Under the pieces are notes generated by a model, which searched no databases, had not been told where the DNA came from, and saw nothing but the letters and a program-made list of their open reading frames with translations. 64,000 nt of DNA from Lytechinus pictus (taxonomy: Eukaryota), in contig NC_087251.1 of assembly GCF_037042905.1 (NCBI RefSeq), positions 13,082,001 to 13,146,000 of the forward strand, read 5' to 3'. Below, one piece after another: positions 28,901-44,445 of the stretch (within the stretch, counting starts at the first letter, position 1; each line of letters starts with the position of its first letter). Made by a program: the position numbers and the translations under genes.

Positions 28901-29497
28901 GTAGACGCACTTTCTTCTTTGTAAATTCGGTCCTTGGAAAAGATTTTTTTTTTAATTATAGATGAATGTCTTGCTTAAGGTCATCTCGGATTATATAGTC
29001 CAAAACAATCATATAACAAGACACCTTCAGTTGGTTGCGCTTTATTACACATCAAGAACCTACATTATTTTCTCTGAATAGTCCGTCTTACAAACATGGA
29101 GGTCTTGGTACATATCGAATGGGCTCCTAAATATCACCAGACATTTAAGGAGGGGTGTCTCCTTGACCCCTTAAAGACGCCCATGGATCGATAATGACTT
29201 TGATGGCAGTCTGTTTGTAACCCACTGGATGCGTACTGAGATACCAGATGAACACAACAGCTGATATCCGTATATCCAGAGATAGGCTATACGTTGAATA
29301 TGCTGCCGATGACCTCTCTCATTGACGAGGCACAATGATGAAATCTTTTCATATCGTATTATTCACTTTGATATATACGTACTGAATGGATATTCCATTC
29401 TTATCATTCTTGTATCTTTGTGATATATCGTCAAATTCTAGGTAAATATCGATTGAGAAATTGTATTTTAATCCCCTAACTATTTTAGTCCTTTGTA

Positions 29498-29566
29498 TAA
29501 TAATAATAATAATACCAACATGCTTATATAGCGCATATCACTGCCAAATGCGTCCCTATGCGCTTA
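29498..29566 (-). mobile_element. Isolated L2/SINE 3'-tail fragment
   Basis: (TAA)n then TATATAGCGC...ATGCGCTT, the same tail stem-loop pattern as the 23948 SINE. Confidence 0.5.
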
Positions 29567-32214
29567 ATTTGATATTATGTATGTATGTATGTTTTATGAA
29601 AAATAGAAGTTTGATTAATGGGTGTAGCTATTAGTGGTAAGGCTAAATAAATGCACAATGGGTACCAGTGGCTATAAAAATGTGTACTTTATGATTTCGT
29701 GATAAATTTTGATATTTCATCCATAATTTACAAATACAACAGTTTACATACTTTGATATGCACTATTAACCTGCATTTCTTTAATGAAAAGTTAACAAAG
29801 TAATGAAAAACGAAAAAAAAATGATCTCCCTCTTTGCGATTTTTCGATCTTTTATTAATGTGGATAATATGTTTTATTTTTCATTTCAGTTCTATTTATT
29901 TTTCTCAGCATAAAAACAAGCAATATATTATACAAATGTGACACATAACAATACAATAACAAAAATATAATTTGTACTCTATATGCTGACAGGGTAGCAG
30001 CCAAAATGGAATAAACCTATACGGCCGACCCAAATTAGATAAACATGATATTGAACAAACATTAATACAGAAAGAAAGAAATCCCTAACAACCCATACCA
30101 AAAAAAATAAAATCGAAAATAATGATGATAACTTAGTATTCATAATTCCTTTTGAATGCGTCCGTCTCCCTGGCACTGCTATTAATATGAAAATGTTTAA
30201 TATTTTGTGAAAATTGTTCTTTTAATCGAGTGTGAAATATCCACCGGAGAGGTGGGAGTGTATGGGAGGGCCCGTAACAAATATACTTGTATTAAAGAAC
30301 TGCTCCCTTGTTTTATCGACCTGGACGGAATCGCAAAATTTGACAGGTCAACAATACATGAAGCTAAAATTGAATAGCTCTTAAAAACTACTAATATGAA
30401 GCAGTAAAATGTTCATGCTCACATTGATTGTGAATAAATGCAAAGGAAACAACCGCTCAGTTCCTGGCGTCACAACGCCTATTGCCTTACATGATATTGT
30501 GAGGGAGTTATATGGCGAAATGGATCATGGCAGTAACATGGAGAGTGCATAATGATGTTATTACTGTACTGCTTGGACGAGAGCAAGTCAACCTGAAGTT
30601 GACATTGTCAATTTTTCCATTACCACCAGACCAGAAAGTCAATATACTATCCGATCATGGCGACTGTTGTTTGCAATCAATCATAAAGTGATAATAACCA
30701 ATCAAGATCATTGTTACATATTATTCAACACAACTCTTATCAACAGGTCGATATTAGTATTTTTAAATTTTAAATTGATTGCATATTTCTGTGCTACGAG
30801 GCCCTGGAGTATTGACGATGATGTTGGATAATGGAAACGAGGAAGAATTAGACAAGTTACTTGCTTATTTTGAATTATATGAAGTATATGTTAGTAGAGT
30901 TTAAACAACTTCTTCTCTCCATGGTATACCTTGTATTCTATAATCTATAAATTTAGTATCGTTAAAAAGGTATTGATATTCAGATGAAATTTCTGTGAAT
31001 ATATTTGTTTTATGTTTTAAGGTGAAGTTATAAAGAAGAGAATCATGAATGCAATTGTAACAAAAAAATTATATCTGAAGAAACCTTTAAAATAAATCAA
31101 GATCTCGATGGGATTGAAATATGATGCAATGAAATTGTCAGGCGTGAGCTCAGGAAATAGTAAAACAAGACGGTGCAACAGACCAAGTGAAAGAAATGAA
31201 GAAGATTCAGTAAATAGGTAATGTCTTCTGCATATCTCTTATCGTGCGTTTTATTTTCAGACAGAATGCGATTTCTTTCTCGAAATGTCATATCCATTGT
31301 GCACTTAGTAAATCTAGGTTAGATCGAAAACTGTTGCTAGCCGGAATGTTCACATGGCAGAAAGGTTACAGCGTTTGTGATATCGGGAACGCTCCCACTT
31401 TCAGGGGCCAATCGTTGCCCCTTTCACTTAAACGTCAAATCTAGACAATTGACCTGATAAAACAGGCGAATCTTTTTATCGTAGTCTAAATCTGTTGCTG
31501 ATATCACCTTGTAGTTTTACGGGGGTGCGTCTGTTTGCAAGATCTGTGAATAAATTTCTTCAGAGGAAGCAATGTTTTTTTGCCCCGGTGCCTTATATGT
31601 ATAGGTTATTTTTTCGCGGGTCGAAATCCTAAAACATTGTAACTTTGCACGGGTAAGCTATCTCGGGACCTATATTGCCTCGATTTCTCTTTGAGGGGAT
31701 TATTTTTTCAAGATATACACAATATGGTAGTGTTTTGAAGCAGAGTTTCCCCTTATTACATCACATCACCACTGTATCACGTAGATCCTATTTCACTTGA
31801 TGAATGAGAAAGTCCGAGGTAAAGTATCTAACAACGCAACGCTGACCAAGGTTACGAAAATGGCAATATTTATAACCACCTACACCACCTCCAAAATAGT
31901 AATAGAAATAACAGAAATACGATGCCCAGGCATAAGATCCACTGAAACTATTTCAAAATTCTGGAAAGCCCCCGCCCCCATCCATTCGTTTATATTTTTG
32001 TAGGCACATCCTACTCTGCCCCATCTTCAGACAGAACATCTTTCCCCAAAGTGCATATTACATCCTTCACATTTTCATCCTCATCTATATACAAGAAGGC
32101 CAATTGACAACCATCTGATTTGGTAGAAGTACGAATTATACATTCGGATTATACGCCTCCGCGGTCGACAGCCGGTGTCCCGTACTTTCTAGGGCCCTCC
32201 AAGAAAGAAATAAA

Positions 32215-32300
32215 AGAAGAGAGAGGGATGAGGTATGGGGGAGAGTGAGAGGGAGAGTGAGGGAGAGAGAGAGAGAGAGAGAGAGTGAGAGCGAGAAAGA
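32215..32300. repeat. (GA)n microsatellite
   Basis: Direct reading. Confidence 0.85.
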
Positions 32301-35300
32301 AGAAATCCTTTACTTTTGCTTATTATCTTCAAGATTATCAAATTTGAGGCGAGAATAGCCGCAAATTTATGTAAAGTAGGGCTTATCATAGGAGATAATT
32401 TTTTAATGCCAGCTTTTAAGAATATCATTAAAATTCATGTGTTAAATACAATCGACAAGCAAACGATTGAACATAATAAACGTTCAATGAACCTCCTCTT
32501 TAGGAAAAGCAATCTTTGTAAATTGATTTTATATGGATGGGACAAACAAGATGATTAATATATTTCTATTGCTAAGCCATTAAGATAATGGCATTCTGCG
32601 GAATCGTTATGACTACGTCAATTCTTTTTCTGGTATTCTTTATTTTTAAAAATCCATAAATCTACTGAAAGTTTGTGTGCCGATTTTTTAGTAATTAGTA
32701 ACACAAACGGGTTTAGACTAATAATGTGTTACACTCTAAGGTTTTGATTATAATTTTGCTAATATTAAGGTTTTTTGTTACACAGTAAGCTTTTAATGGC
32801 TATGAATTCTGAATTTAGAAATTGTAGATAATCGTTTTGATATGTTCGAAGATAGAAAACGTGATCTGATTATTTCATCTCGGTCCATATTCTGTAGTAA
32901 TCATTGCGAGTATAGGTCCGTTGAGATTTCTCACGTCTCTCAACTTACAATTTCGTGCGAAAATGATGCGATCCTTTAATGCGCAAGATCATCTTGTCCC
33001 CACATCAGTATGATATCTAAGAAATCCTTACTCACACTAAATGTCGCATAAAAAGAATTAATTATCATTATTTCCCATGGCTGACTGCACTCATGTTTAT
33101 TCCGATCCTTAGCCAAGAAGAAAGCGATACATTCACGATTATATAAATCACTCCTTCATGTCTTTGACGCCGTTGTTGAATCAACAGCAAATGATTTAGT
33201 CATTTTTCCTCGCTGCTTGTCGAGGCGAATCTCAATGTACTCATACACCAAAATACCCATAAGCACAATAAGTGGAGACGCCATGCCAAGATATGCCACC
33301 AGAAATCAAATTGCAAATTTCCCAAGCGAGTGGAAGTGTTTGTTGTAATAAAGCCCTATGTCTTTTTATAAAGTTTGATTTGGATATAGGCGACGTCTTA
33401 TCGTATACACTTAATTTGTATTTTTGGTTGTCGAGATGTGATCTTAGGTTTCTCTATCTGCAAGTTTATAAGGATATTACTTTTCCATCAAATGTCATAT
33501 CCTCCTAAAAGAACCCGTAATATGATCACTATATAAAAGAAATAATGCACTTGATTTCGCCTTTATTATTGTCGTTTCTCATACAGTTGTCAGCTTTCTT
33601 TAGGGTGTTTCAGAGAAGATAGTTGAACTTATATACTTTTTTATATTTTCGCCATGCCATCAGCTTACAATGTATCGTTACTTCACTTTCCTCACTTCAA
33701 TATCAACAGAATATGTTTTCATGATGGTAATGTGTGTGGACTTGGTATAAATATGACATTTAAATCAATCATTAAATAGCAATGTCCAATCAAGATCATT
33801 GTTTCAAGTGCATTTTACTCAAAATACTGACAAGGAACCAATCAGAATTCTCCATTCATATAATACAATTGCAATCCATAGTCACATAATTTACACTGAT
33901 TATCAATAGCTATATAATACATCATTGTCGTGGTTATTATGATTTTTATTGTTTTTATTAATAGTTGGTCTATTACTATCATTATCACCATGATGATCAT
34001 CATCATTCTGAATTTTATTCAGCTTCTAACATAAAATTAAATGAGGATGGGGAACACTCCTTAACCATCCACCACCGCTGCACTGTTCTTTCTTCCAAGT
34101 CTGCGTCTCCAACTTCAAGGTTGATGCGATCAAGTTGAACGGGGGTTTCAATAAAGCAAAGCGAAACTAAGCGGAGACAGGGAGAAATGAAAATGTGATT
34201 TGACAGAAATAGGGGAAATCTGATGAATGCCACAATAGCGGTACATCTTCCCCTCCAGATAATAGCTGACGAGCGAAAGATGAAGCAAGCGAGACAGTGC
34301 CCCTTCCTGCTTTTAAGGAGCAAAGCGATCTTTTTGTTGTTTTTCTCTAGAATGTATTTCTTGGACTTGATAAAGATCTCGATATGTTTCTTGATGACTC
34401 ATCTTTCCCTTTTTATCCTCAACCGTTTTGCCCTCGTCTTTAGTGTTAAAAACGAAAGAAAATGCCAATGTCATTGTATATATGTCTGGACATAGGCAAA
34501 CAACAAAGAACCTTTCCTAGAAGAACTCCAGACTTAATGCGGAATTTATGTGTGTTGTTGCAAGAACTATAGGCCTATATGCACAAGGTTAACTTTATCA
34601 TTGTTTTGAAGATATCTAACATCATTTATTTGGGCTTGTTTTTATTCATGTATCGCATACTGAGCAAAGCGAAATTGACAAACAGATTCCTGAATAATAA
34701 CAGGGTTAATATACATCTTAGTTAATGCAATAGTTTGATAGCAATTAACTGATATCATAAACTCTTATTTGATATGCTTGAACTCATGTTACAATGACAA
34801 TTGTTCGTCTAATGAAGATGTTAAGTAAGTAATCACTTAACATTGATCTCTACATTCTATACCTTTCTTTTTTCTTCCTATATCTATCTCTATTCTTCTC
34901 TTATGTGGATCAATATTTTTTAACATTCTTATTTTTAATTCCCCTGTTTATTTTCGTGGGGTGGGAGCTTCGTTGCATTTATAGATTTGTCTGAAAATGT
35001 ACAAATCAATCTTTGCCTGATGACATAGTCGGCCTATATGTAATGCCTTTCCTTTTCTAGTCACCCCCTGAATCTCTCTTTGATAGCATTTGAAATGTTT
35101 GAATCTCTCTTTGAGCATTTCTCTTTATTGTGCATTCAATGTGGTATTAAATTGCGTCTGTTCTGTTATACGTGTCTCTTTCCCTTCCGACCTCTTCTAT
35201 TCTATGTTCTTTCAATTATGTCAAGAAGAAATAATTCATGTTTGGTCATGCTGACGTCACTCTGAAATGGGTACCTCTGATTTCGCTTCAAGATTCTTAA

Positions 35301-38300
35301 ATGCATACATACCCATTTCCATACATCAGTCTTTTTCCCTATATAAATTTACATAGAATTCCCTATACCAAAGGGTGAGTCACAGCTTCTCAGCCACATA
35401 ATTGCACATATCTTGCCATGCCTACGCTCAAGCTCAAATACACATATCATATTTTTCTATCGATTCTATGGTACACTTTGAACCCCCATTTACTTAACAG
35501 CTCCCTCGGGTTTTGGAACCAGCTATCAAATTGTTGATTTACTAAGCTTCCAAATTGCACAGGGAGTGAATTCAAATCTTGTATTTGTAACCTCTATTTT
35601 TCGACTATGACCGAGTGCAGTTATAAGTCTGTAATTTGCCCTTAATTTGTTCTCGTAAAATGGCAACAATATCTGCGCCAACCTATAGGATGTGATTCCC
35701 CCGAGCCCGGCGGGGTGGCGAGCACTTAACATCCGGACCCAGGGGTCGTATACCAGCATTACATTTCGTGTCATCTTCAGCCGTTTACCTGAAGCGAATC
35801 GATATTTTGGAGTAAGGCGACACCATTTTGGGTGTTGTTTTTCTCGCAGCAGAACGGTGTGCAAGATACTCCTCCGCTCCCATCATGTTCGCATAATTGA
35901 ATTGCCTTCCTCCTAATAGTACATTGAATGCAGAACGATTCCTACTTCTGTATATATAACCTAAATAAAGATCGCCTTCATTAAATCCATATCACCTGAC
36001 TAAACATTATAGAATTTCAAGAAGAATTGTTTTCGCCATGTCAATTTAGGATATCGATCGAACCATTAATGAGATTACTAAATCTGCCATTTTAATTCCG
36101 ACCGATGGATATCGAGACGAAAAAATAAAAACTTCCATGATTCATAGTTTTTAGGATATACCAAATAATAGAGTCTGACCTGATTCGTTACAAGTGATTT
36201 TCTGGTCATGAACAAAACGCGTATGTAGTCATAACAAAACCCATTTTATTTCGCATTCGAGAATGAATGACATTGCAGATCATAACGATAGAATATTAAA
36301 TGAAATTGATCAACCTGCTGTGTTCATTTTTTTCTCAATGGATAGAAAAGAGAGTGCATCCAATTACTTCAGCGATGGATTTAATGAAGAATGCAAGTGT
36401 ATACACACGTTTTTTAAATAATAGCATCTGACCTGATTTTTATAAGACATTTTTGAGCTCATAAGGAGAACAAAAACCTTTCATTACCGCGAATAAAAAA
36501 AATAGTCTGGTATTTAAAAAAAAATCTAAAGAGAGAGAGAGAGTAGGGGAAATGATTCGACTTGGATTTTTGTTATGATTGGTATCCAATCTACTTTGAT
36601 AGTTCCATATTATGCACACCTCCTTACGTACCACCATTCTTTCTCACTGTAATCAAATATAATATTGGTTTTTAGAAACTGCATAAATAGTTACAACAAG
36701 CAAAATTGCAATTAAAATTTTTATTGCAACATTTACAAATTTTATTCTTTACTATGTTTGTTATATGATATAGAAATTCTGTTGAAGAGCATTAGGATGT
36801 TAATGTATGCCATCAATGTAGTTTTTTGGTTAAATTTGATTTTTTGTCCGTTCCGATAGAGATCTTTCAATAAAAGTCTACAATCAGATTTGACAATAAA
36901 AAATTGCTCGAAAAGAATAGCAAATGAATGATAATTCAATTTTTAACTCTTCATGTTCTATGTTCAATATCTTACCCAATTTCAGATTTATACATTTGCA
37001 CATTCGAAATTCTTGAAATATCCACATTTGACATTAGAAATTCTTGGAGTATCCATTTTCAAGCATTGATGACAACCTTAATTTTTAGAAGGAAATATAT
37101 AAATTTTGCTGTTTTTTTTGTAGAATCATAGGATTTTTTTATTACATTCAATTTTTTATTTCATGTTTAACCTTTCATTGTAAACCTTGGCTTGTCCATT
37201 TATGTTTAATTAACTCCACATTTAAAAAAAAATATTTCAGAATTTAACTTCAATACTTCTGAATATTAAATAAAAATTTCATCAATAGTGCAATACAAAT
37301 TTTTTCCATAATCTACTGAAATGGGTAATTAGCATCCGCATCCAGACTTCCAGTGGTATTTAATAAAACCCCTTGTTCAAATGTGGGTCTAAAATTCCCC
37401 TCTCGAGCCCCTATAACGCCCTTCCGGCACAAGCCTTCACATAAACTTTATCGAATTTGCCACCTGACGATAACGTCGTGTCGTTTAATGATCGAAGCCG
37501 TGACACCTTAAGAAGATAACAAGGTGTATGAAGAGCACAAAACACGTGTTATAAATCAGGGGTGTATTAAGCCTTTGATCCAAAGGGAGGGGAACAACCA
37601 GTGCCGAAAAACATGAGCGAACAATGTGCGTACGAAGAGATTATAATTTTTGCGACGAGGGAGAAAATGATGATTTCAGAATAGAACACTTATTTTCCTG
37701 AAAAAAAGACAACATTGAGCATTCTCGATTACCAAGACATTTTCAAAGGATTTTGTTAGTATCAAAGCATATAATTCTTTTTTATAATAATGAGCTTTTC
37801 CTTTAGTCAGCTAGTGCAAATGGACTCATTTCTTTTGTAAATATTTTAGATTTTTTTCTGCCTTTTAAATTCACAGGGGTGCCATCGTTTCCCCTTATAG
37901 CCACCCCTTAGCGCCGCCCCAGGTAGTGGCGTTTATCCGTGATGAACATTTCCCCTTAACGTGATTCATTCCATGTCCAAAATATAATAACATTTTAAGT
38001 GGTGTAACACGACCTGTACGATGATGCAGGGCACAGGGGCGACCTTTATTTGAAACGTCATTCTCCTCTGCAGAATGATAATCATTTTTAGTGATCTCTT
38101 TCGAGTGATGAGAGATGAAATCGTCCATGTCATGTCATGAGGGAACGGTTAAGGTGCGGGGAAAGGTGAGGGGGTTGATCTGGTTGGTGCTTACGAAGAA
38201 TCAGTAAGCTACCTCGGCGATACCATGATAGAATATATCATCATTAACACTGGTTGATTTATTTCTATTTTTGGAGGGAAACGCCGTTTATACATCGTTT

Positions 38301-41300
38301 GAAATAATAACTTGCACTCAGTGTACATTGGAAAGGTCCATGCAGGGATCTGTTATTGTATTTCTTTGGAAATTGTTTTTAAACTTGAGTGGCAAATCAG
38401 CGAAAACTAGAAAAAATGTAATTCACCGAAAAAAATATATAATTTCATTTTCTTAAGTTCTTTTCAGGGGTTTTTGAGGGAATTAATTCATCATACATGA
38501 AAATCGTCCGAATTGTTAAAGTTTTAGTTTATAGAATGCTGGATTCATCATACTTTTTTTTTAAATTCACAATTGGCTATATTGCCTTCCAGGGATATCT
38601 TTTACATTGTGCATGTAAAATGGGTTTTTCCTTGTTCCTCTTCTATCTATGAAGTAATATTTCATAAAATGAAATCACATGAGTAGATAATAAAGCATGT
38701 ACTTTGTTCCACCAAGGTATAGGGATCTTCACATCAGTCTAGTAGTTAGCGTGGTGTGTGCGGAGGGGGCATGTTTAATCAACGCAATACATTTTCAGAT
38801 GTGGCTTTTAAGTAGTAAACTGTCTTCCTAACTTGCAATAATAATATTTAACTTTTTGTTTATTCGTCATTTAATTTACATTCATATAACTTCAAAAGAG
38901 TCCTAAAGATCAGGTTAGGTTATCAGAGTTTTGGGGACGTCCTATCCCAGTTCCGACTGTAAATAACCCTTGACCAAATCACTTGAAGGAAATGCGCTCT
39001 TCAGCTTTCCCTAATAATTCGTTTACGTCATAAGCACATCAAAAACATTTTCAGACAGGCGCAAAGGGAGTTCACGGTAGTGTCTTCAATATGTCATAAC
39101 CCAAGAATTCTTTTAATGAAGTGAGAGGAGTTTTGTACCTCAACAGCTGTTGAGTAATATCTTGTTGAAATAAAATTATAGATGTGTCACTGATCACATC
39201 TGCAAAATTGACTTAAGAATCCAGTTCATATAAAAACATAGGTATTCATTTGTCAAACTATAATTTTTCGAAAATTTATCACCAAAAAGAAGATCGACTT
39301 AATGGTACCAACGTTTAGCATATCTGAAGTCTTGATTTCAGATTATTTTATATTGTATACTGTGTTCTCTGTAAATCGTTGGTATTGGCTGACGGAAAAC
39401 AAAATAAACTTGAAATATTGAACGAAAGTGGACTATAGGCCTAGCGGTTACTCATGACTTGCTATTTAAAATATCCGTAAACATTAAGATGTGATATAAT
39501 CATATGAGTTGGTTGTGTGTTTGTCTTCACATTCAGAAAATAATTTATATTTTAACGCTCATTTGGGCCTATATAATAATCACCACAGTGACTATCATCG
39601 CCATGAAGCGTGATTATATCAATAAAATATCAATCTTCTTGAAACCCAATACTATCTAAATTGAGGCAGTGTATTTTTACACTTTGTCGGTCCGGTACCT
39701 GAGATCTTATTAATGAAAGGTCATCTCAAAATGATTATGTCTGTCTAATGAAGTTATAGGAAGACATGTGGCTGATCCTTTGGAGAAGTTAAGGCAATCT
39801 AAGTGAACAAAAATTAAGTTTTTAGTGTGACGTCATTGATAATTTGTATCTAATCAGGTGCACGGTTCGGGTTATGGGGATGGGTGAGGGGGGATGACAA
39901 AGGGCCTCAAAGTTGAAAATGACTGAATAAAAAGAATACTATCATGAATACAGAGTTATACGACCCGAATCTCACTTTTTGATATTTTTTACTACAGTCT
40001 TCCGTTTCTTGCATCCCTTTTTTGGTATTTTTCTTTATACACTATTATAAAAAATACACCATTTAATTAAGCAGCAACTCCTTTCTAACCTTGGTTATCG
40101 TGTAAGATATAGTTTAAATTTGATTTGAAATAAAATAAACGTTATCTGTGAACTGAAAAGAACTTCACGTTAGTTCATCTCTCATGCCCTAGGTATTGCA
40201 TTATTCTATAAAGTCACATATAATTTTGCCCATAATTTCTTGTTGCTGAATGATGCCAAAATGCAGAGGTTGGTTTTAGATAGATATTTATCATTGAACA
40301 TGATAAAATATGCAACAGCCACTCTTTGCAAACTGTGTGTAGAGAGAGAGAGAAAAAAAAATAATGGGGCGAATATTCCCCCTTTCATAAGAGGGGTTTT
40401 CCTATTTTTTGTTTTTACTTGGGTCAACTAAGACCATTTAAATGTTCAGACATGTGATGAATCAATGGAAAGGCAAAAAGACACAAAAGCTATTGTGAAG
40501 AAATGTCATGATAATGTGAAAACACAACAACCTGGATGATATTGTTAATCGGGATGAAAAGACTTCATTAAGGCTAGTTTATAGTATCACACCAATCGAG
40601 AAGAAAACTAGGACATTTTCTGTATGGAATCGTATTTGATTTAGAAGGTTTCATTCATCAGAAAACGATTTATCTTTACAATTCTCATTGTGCTTGGAAC
40701 AAGTCTTTTCAATTAACCAACCGACTCGAAGAACATCTCTATATACTAGTTGTATCCATTGTTACGTAGGTGATTAGGTGACTATTATAAGTCTTTGTGA
40801 TTACCTGACGTGGAAAGGTATACAACGGGATAAGTATGAAGGACCAAAGAAAGATTGCGTTGCTTCCGACAATAATCAATAAATTAGCTTTCACTCTATT
40901 TTCAATCCTCAAGATGAAAGGTCAATGAACTCCAATTTTCGACGATTCCAGTGGAAACTGCTTTTAATAACAAATTTGAAGATTAGGTCAACCATATAAC
41001 ATTGCTTCAAACCTAACCATTACGAACGCACAATTAACAAATGATATGCACCTAAAATAACCATTGTCGAAAAATAATTCTTATTGACCCAATAGTTGTA
41101 CATTTAACCGGATTTCTGGTACTATTATCCATGACTATGACACATAATTCAATCTTCATCGTTGGTCGGACGCAATCACCGGCGCATCAGATGTATCTGT
41201 AGAGAAATTAAGACAGAAGCAATATTCTTAAAGAGCTGGACAAAATAAATCGATCCAACATTTGTAAGTTCACAAAGATGTCTATATCGTTTGATCCCAA

Positions 41301-42387
41301 ATAACAATTCCTTTAATTTTGAAACGCATTTCCTTGATTTGAACACACACACAAACTCACATTTCCCGTCTTCATCTTCTGTGTGTAGTGACAGAAAATT
41401 ATTTTGTATAGAGCACATTGCCCTGCAGCAGCTTACACATTCAAATCGCATAAAGATAATGTCATTTGGATTATGTGCCGGAAAATATTTATGCACACTA
41501 GAGGTACATTATATATTGTGTGCTGAAAATACAATAACTTCTATGATTATCGAGACGCAACAAACATTTTCTTGGAAGCAAATACCATTGCACATTTCGC
41601 GATTCACAGATAAGCCCATTCAGGGAAAAGTGGATGCAAAATCGAACAGTGGCCTCATTTGCAGCCAATAACGGCACACTTTACACGGTTTTGATTGCCC
41701 TTGGGGGACATTTGTTGCAATGCAGGATTTAAAAATGGTTGTATTTTTTGTGATACGGTCGAGCTTGGGACATGCCTCTGTATAAAGTCATTTTTATAAA
41801 TTATGTTTATGTACATGTCATCTCATTTTCTTTCTTTTTTAAATATGTCCCTTTTATCAATCCTGGATTTCTTTGCAGTACAATTTCCCTCGTAAAAGTG
41901 AATGATTAATCTTATTTATGAGATCCAATATCATTTGACTGTATTGGAAGTAGACCTGGTTGATTCAATTTTGAAAAGATTTTAAGATATAATAGTATTT
42001 GTATATTCTAGGCCGAGTTCATCAACTTCGTGGTCCAAGAATACCGTTCGTGGTCCGAGAGTAACTGTTCAGTGCCCTAGACAAAGGGCACTGAACTCCA
42101 TTGGCAGGGTAGAATCACAACTAAAATTTTGATCAATTTCAAGAATGTGTGTCAACCATCCAATGATATTAATTTTCGGCAGTATTTCAATCAATCTCAG
42201 TTCTCAGAATATGTTCTCTGGTAGGTTCATCGTCAAGCCTTTATATTGTTGAAATATAATGACGACCTATATAATTATCTATTATATTTTCAATTTGTCA
42301 TCATTCACTGAAGTTTGACAGTAATAGCTAGAGAGTCACACGGACGAAACAGACTCCAAACTGACCGATGGTAGATTTAGTCGATCT

Positions 42388-42535
42388 GGGGCCTGTTGCA
42401 GACACAGTTGCAATCAAACGCAACTCATAAAATCAATTGTAACCTGACTTTCAACCATTGAAATGCGCATATTAGGGACTTGTGCATGATTTTTCAAGCT
42501 GTGTTTGAACGCAAATTCTCCTCCAAATAGCCCCT
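42388..42535. mobile_element. Short degenerate MITE (GGGGCC.GTTGCAGA family); related copy near 9030-9178
   Basis: GGGGCCTGTTGCAGA..AGTTGC..CAAACGCAACTC ... GTTTGAACGCAA...AGCCCC; similar blocks at 9030-9178. Confidence 0.5.
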
Positions 42536-44267
42536 GAATTGGGTTTTGCCGATATGACCGTAGTATTATAAATGTCTTTTATATTGAAGCCATTGTATGT
42601 TTTGTGAATATTCTTTTATAATGGATAGTTCAACTGACACAAATATCTCCCCCCCAAAGAAAATGTCAACCACAGAGGTTCTGAAGTGCCGTTGTATAGG
42701 AATAGGCAATTCACTCGACGGTTCATAATTCTAAGAAAATTCTTCGAAAATTTTGATAAAAAAGGGGTTCGCTACAAAATGAAGGTGATATTGGTTACAT
42801 ATGTTATTTAACATACATACTTAGCAGATTCCCAAGGGGTGCTGCCTATGGTGACACGCAGCACCCCCAGGTAAATCTTGAGGGTGCTTCAGCACCCCCG
42901 CTTCCAAAGGCCATGAAATGTAGCTAAAAACAAGATAATTATATGAAATTTCACATATATGCTTCTCATCCAACTCCCAATTCCATTATTTTAAATGTTC
43001 ATCATCCTTCATCAGCCAAATAATACATAGGCAAATTTTGATTTGATCATTTATCATGGATAACAAAAATTTAAGCGATAGAACAAGATAGTTGATCGCA
43101 GCAATGCACCATCGCATGCAATGTTGGAATCGTTTCAATCAATCCAATTTTATCATCCGGCCTTACTGTAATCTGTAAACAAAATGTTTGATAGATTATC
43201 TGCCAACAGAAAATTGCGTGATGATAATGAAGAAGAATTGATGACCTAAATTTCGGCTCTTCTTACATTTTCTTTTTATTTATTTTTTAATGTCAGTTGA
43301 TCTATCGTTACTTTTTTTTTGCCTGCTCCGGGCAATTTCAGATTCAGTAGCATGTGCTTTGATTGAAGATGTGCCACATCCAGCTCTCTTTAGATTATTC
43401 CGACGAAAATTCATTGTTCTAGATGTCTGTTCTGCTTTCCTCACTGATTATGCAAACTTTTATTTGCAAAGATAAAGTTTTTATTTTTTAGACATTTAAG
43501 GAATTTCAATGCATTGCAATTTTGAAATATGCTATAGGCCTATAGGCATATTCAATTACATGTGATCATTTGTAATTTTCCTTTTCTGATATGGCTCCCG
43601 TTTTCTTTAAACATGTTCACCAGTGAACATGATGAACGTTGCACAGATAAGTTTTCTAATAAATATTGCACCATATTCCATTACATCTTGGTATAATACA
43701 TGATGATTAATCATTCTTACTCAGATTATTAGAACGTTTTTGCAACAATTTCAAAGGTGAATTGGACACGTCCGTTATTACTATGTAATAATAATGATGC
43801 CCCCAAATAATACTTAAGTTTACCGGTTATTTTCGTTCGTGCTCAGACTACAGATGACTTGTGCTCCTTCGTTTTCCCAATATGAAATTTTACTCAATTA
43901 TTTAATATAATCTATTTCAAGTGGCACGCTTTCAAAAACAGACAATAGTTTAAGTAGACCTTGATGCACAAAAGAGGCCATACCCTTGGGGTGTGTGGGA
44001 TATAACGGGATAACTTTGCTTGTTCTAATATCTCGTTCTTCCGGTCACCAATTTTCAAGAATGGTTCAAGTCAGGTGAAATATGATTTTTTTCTTCATTT
44101 TTCCGAAGTTGTAGGTATACCGTATCAATAAACGTTATTTCAGTGATTAATTAAAGTTGTTCTAGATAGAAAGTAGGAGAACTGAATGTAGAGAGAGAGA
44201 GAGAGGGGAGGGGGGTAAAATAAATCGCTCTAATGATATGCACAAAATGTTGCTACAGCTATTAGTT

Positions 44268-44289
44268 CTACTACTTCTACTACTACTAT

Positions 44290-44337
<48 letters not shown>

Positions 44338-44445
44338 TACTTCTACTACTTCTACTACTTCTACTGCTGCTACTACTACTACAGCTGCTACCACTAATAC
44401 TGCAACTACCACTACTATTACTACTGCTACTGCTACTACTGATAG
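44268..44445. repeat. (TAC)n trinucleotide microsatellite
   Basis: Direct reading; produces the poly-Leu/poly-Val ORFs 44238..44459 and 44230..44487. Confidence 0.95.
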
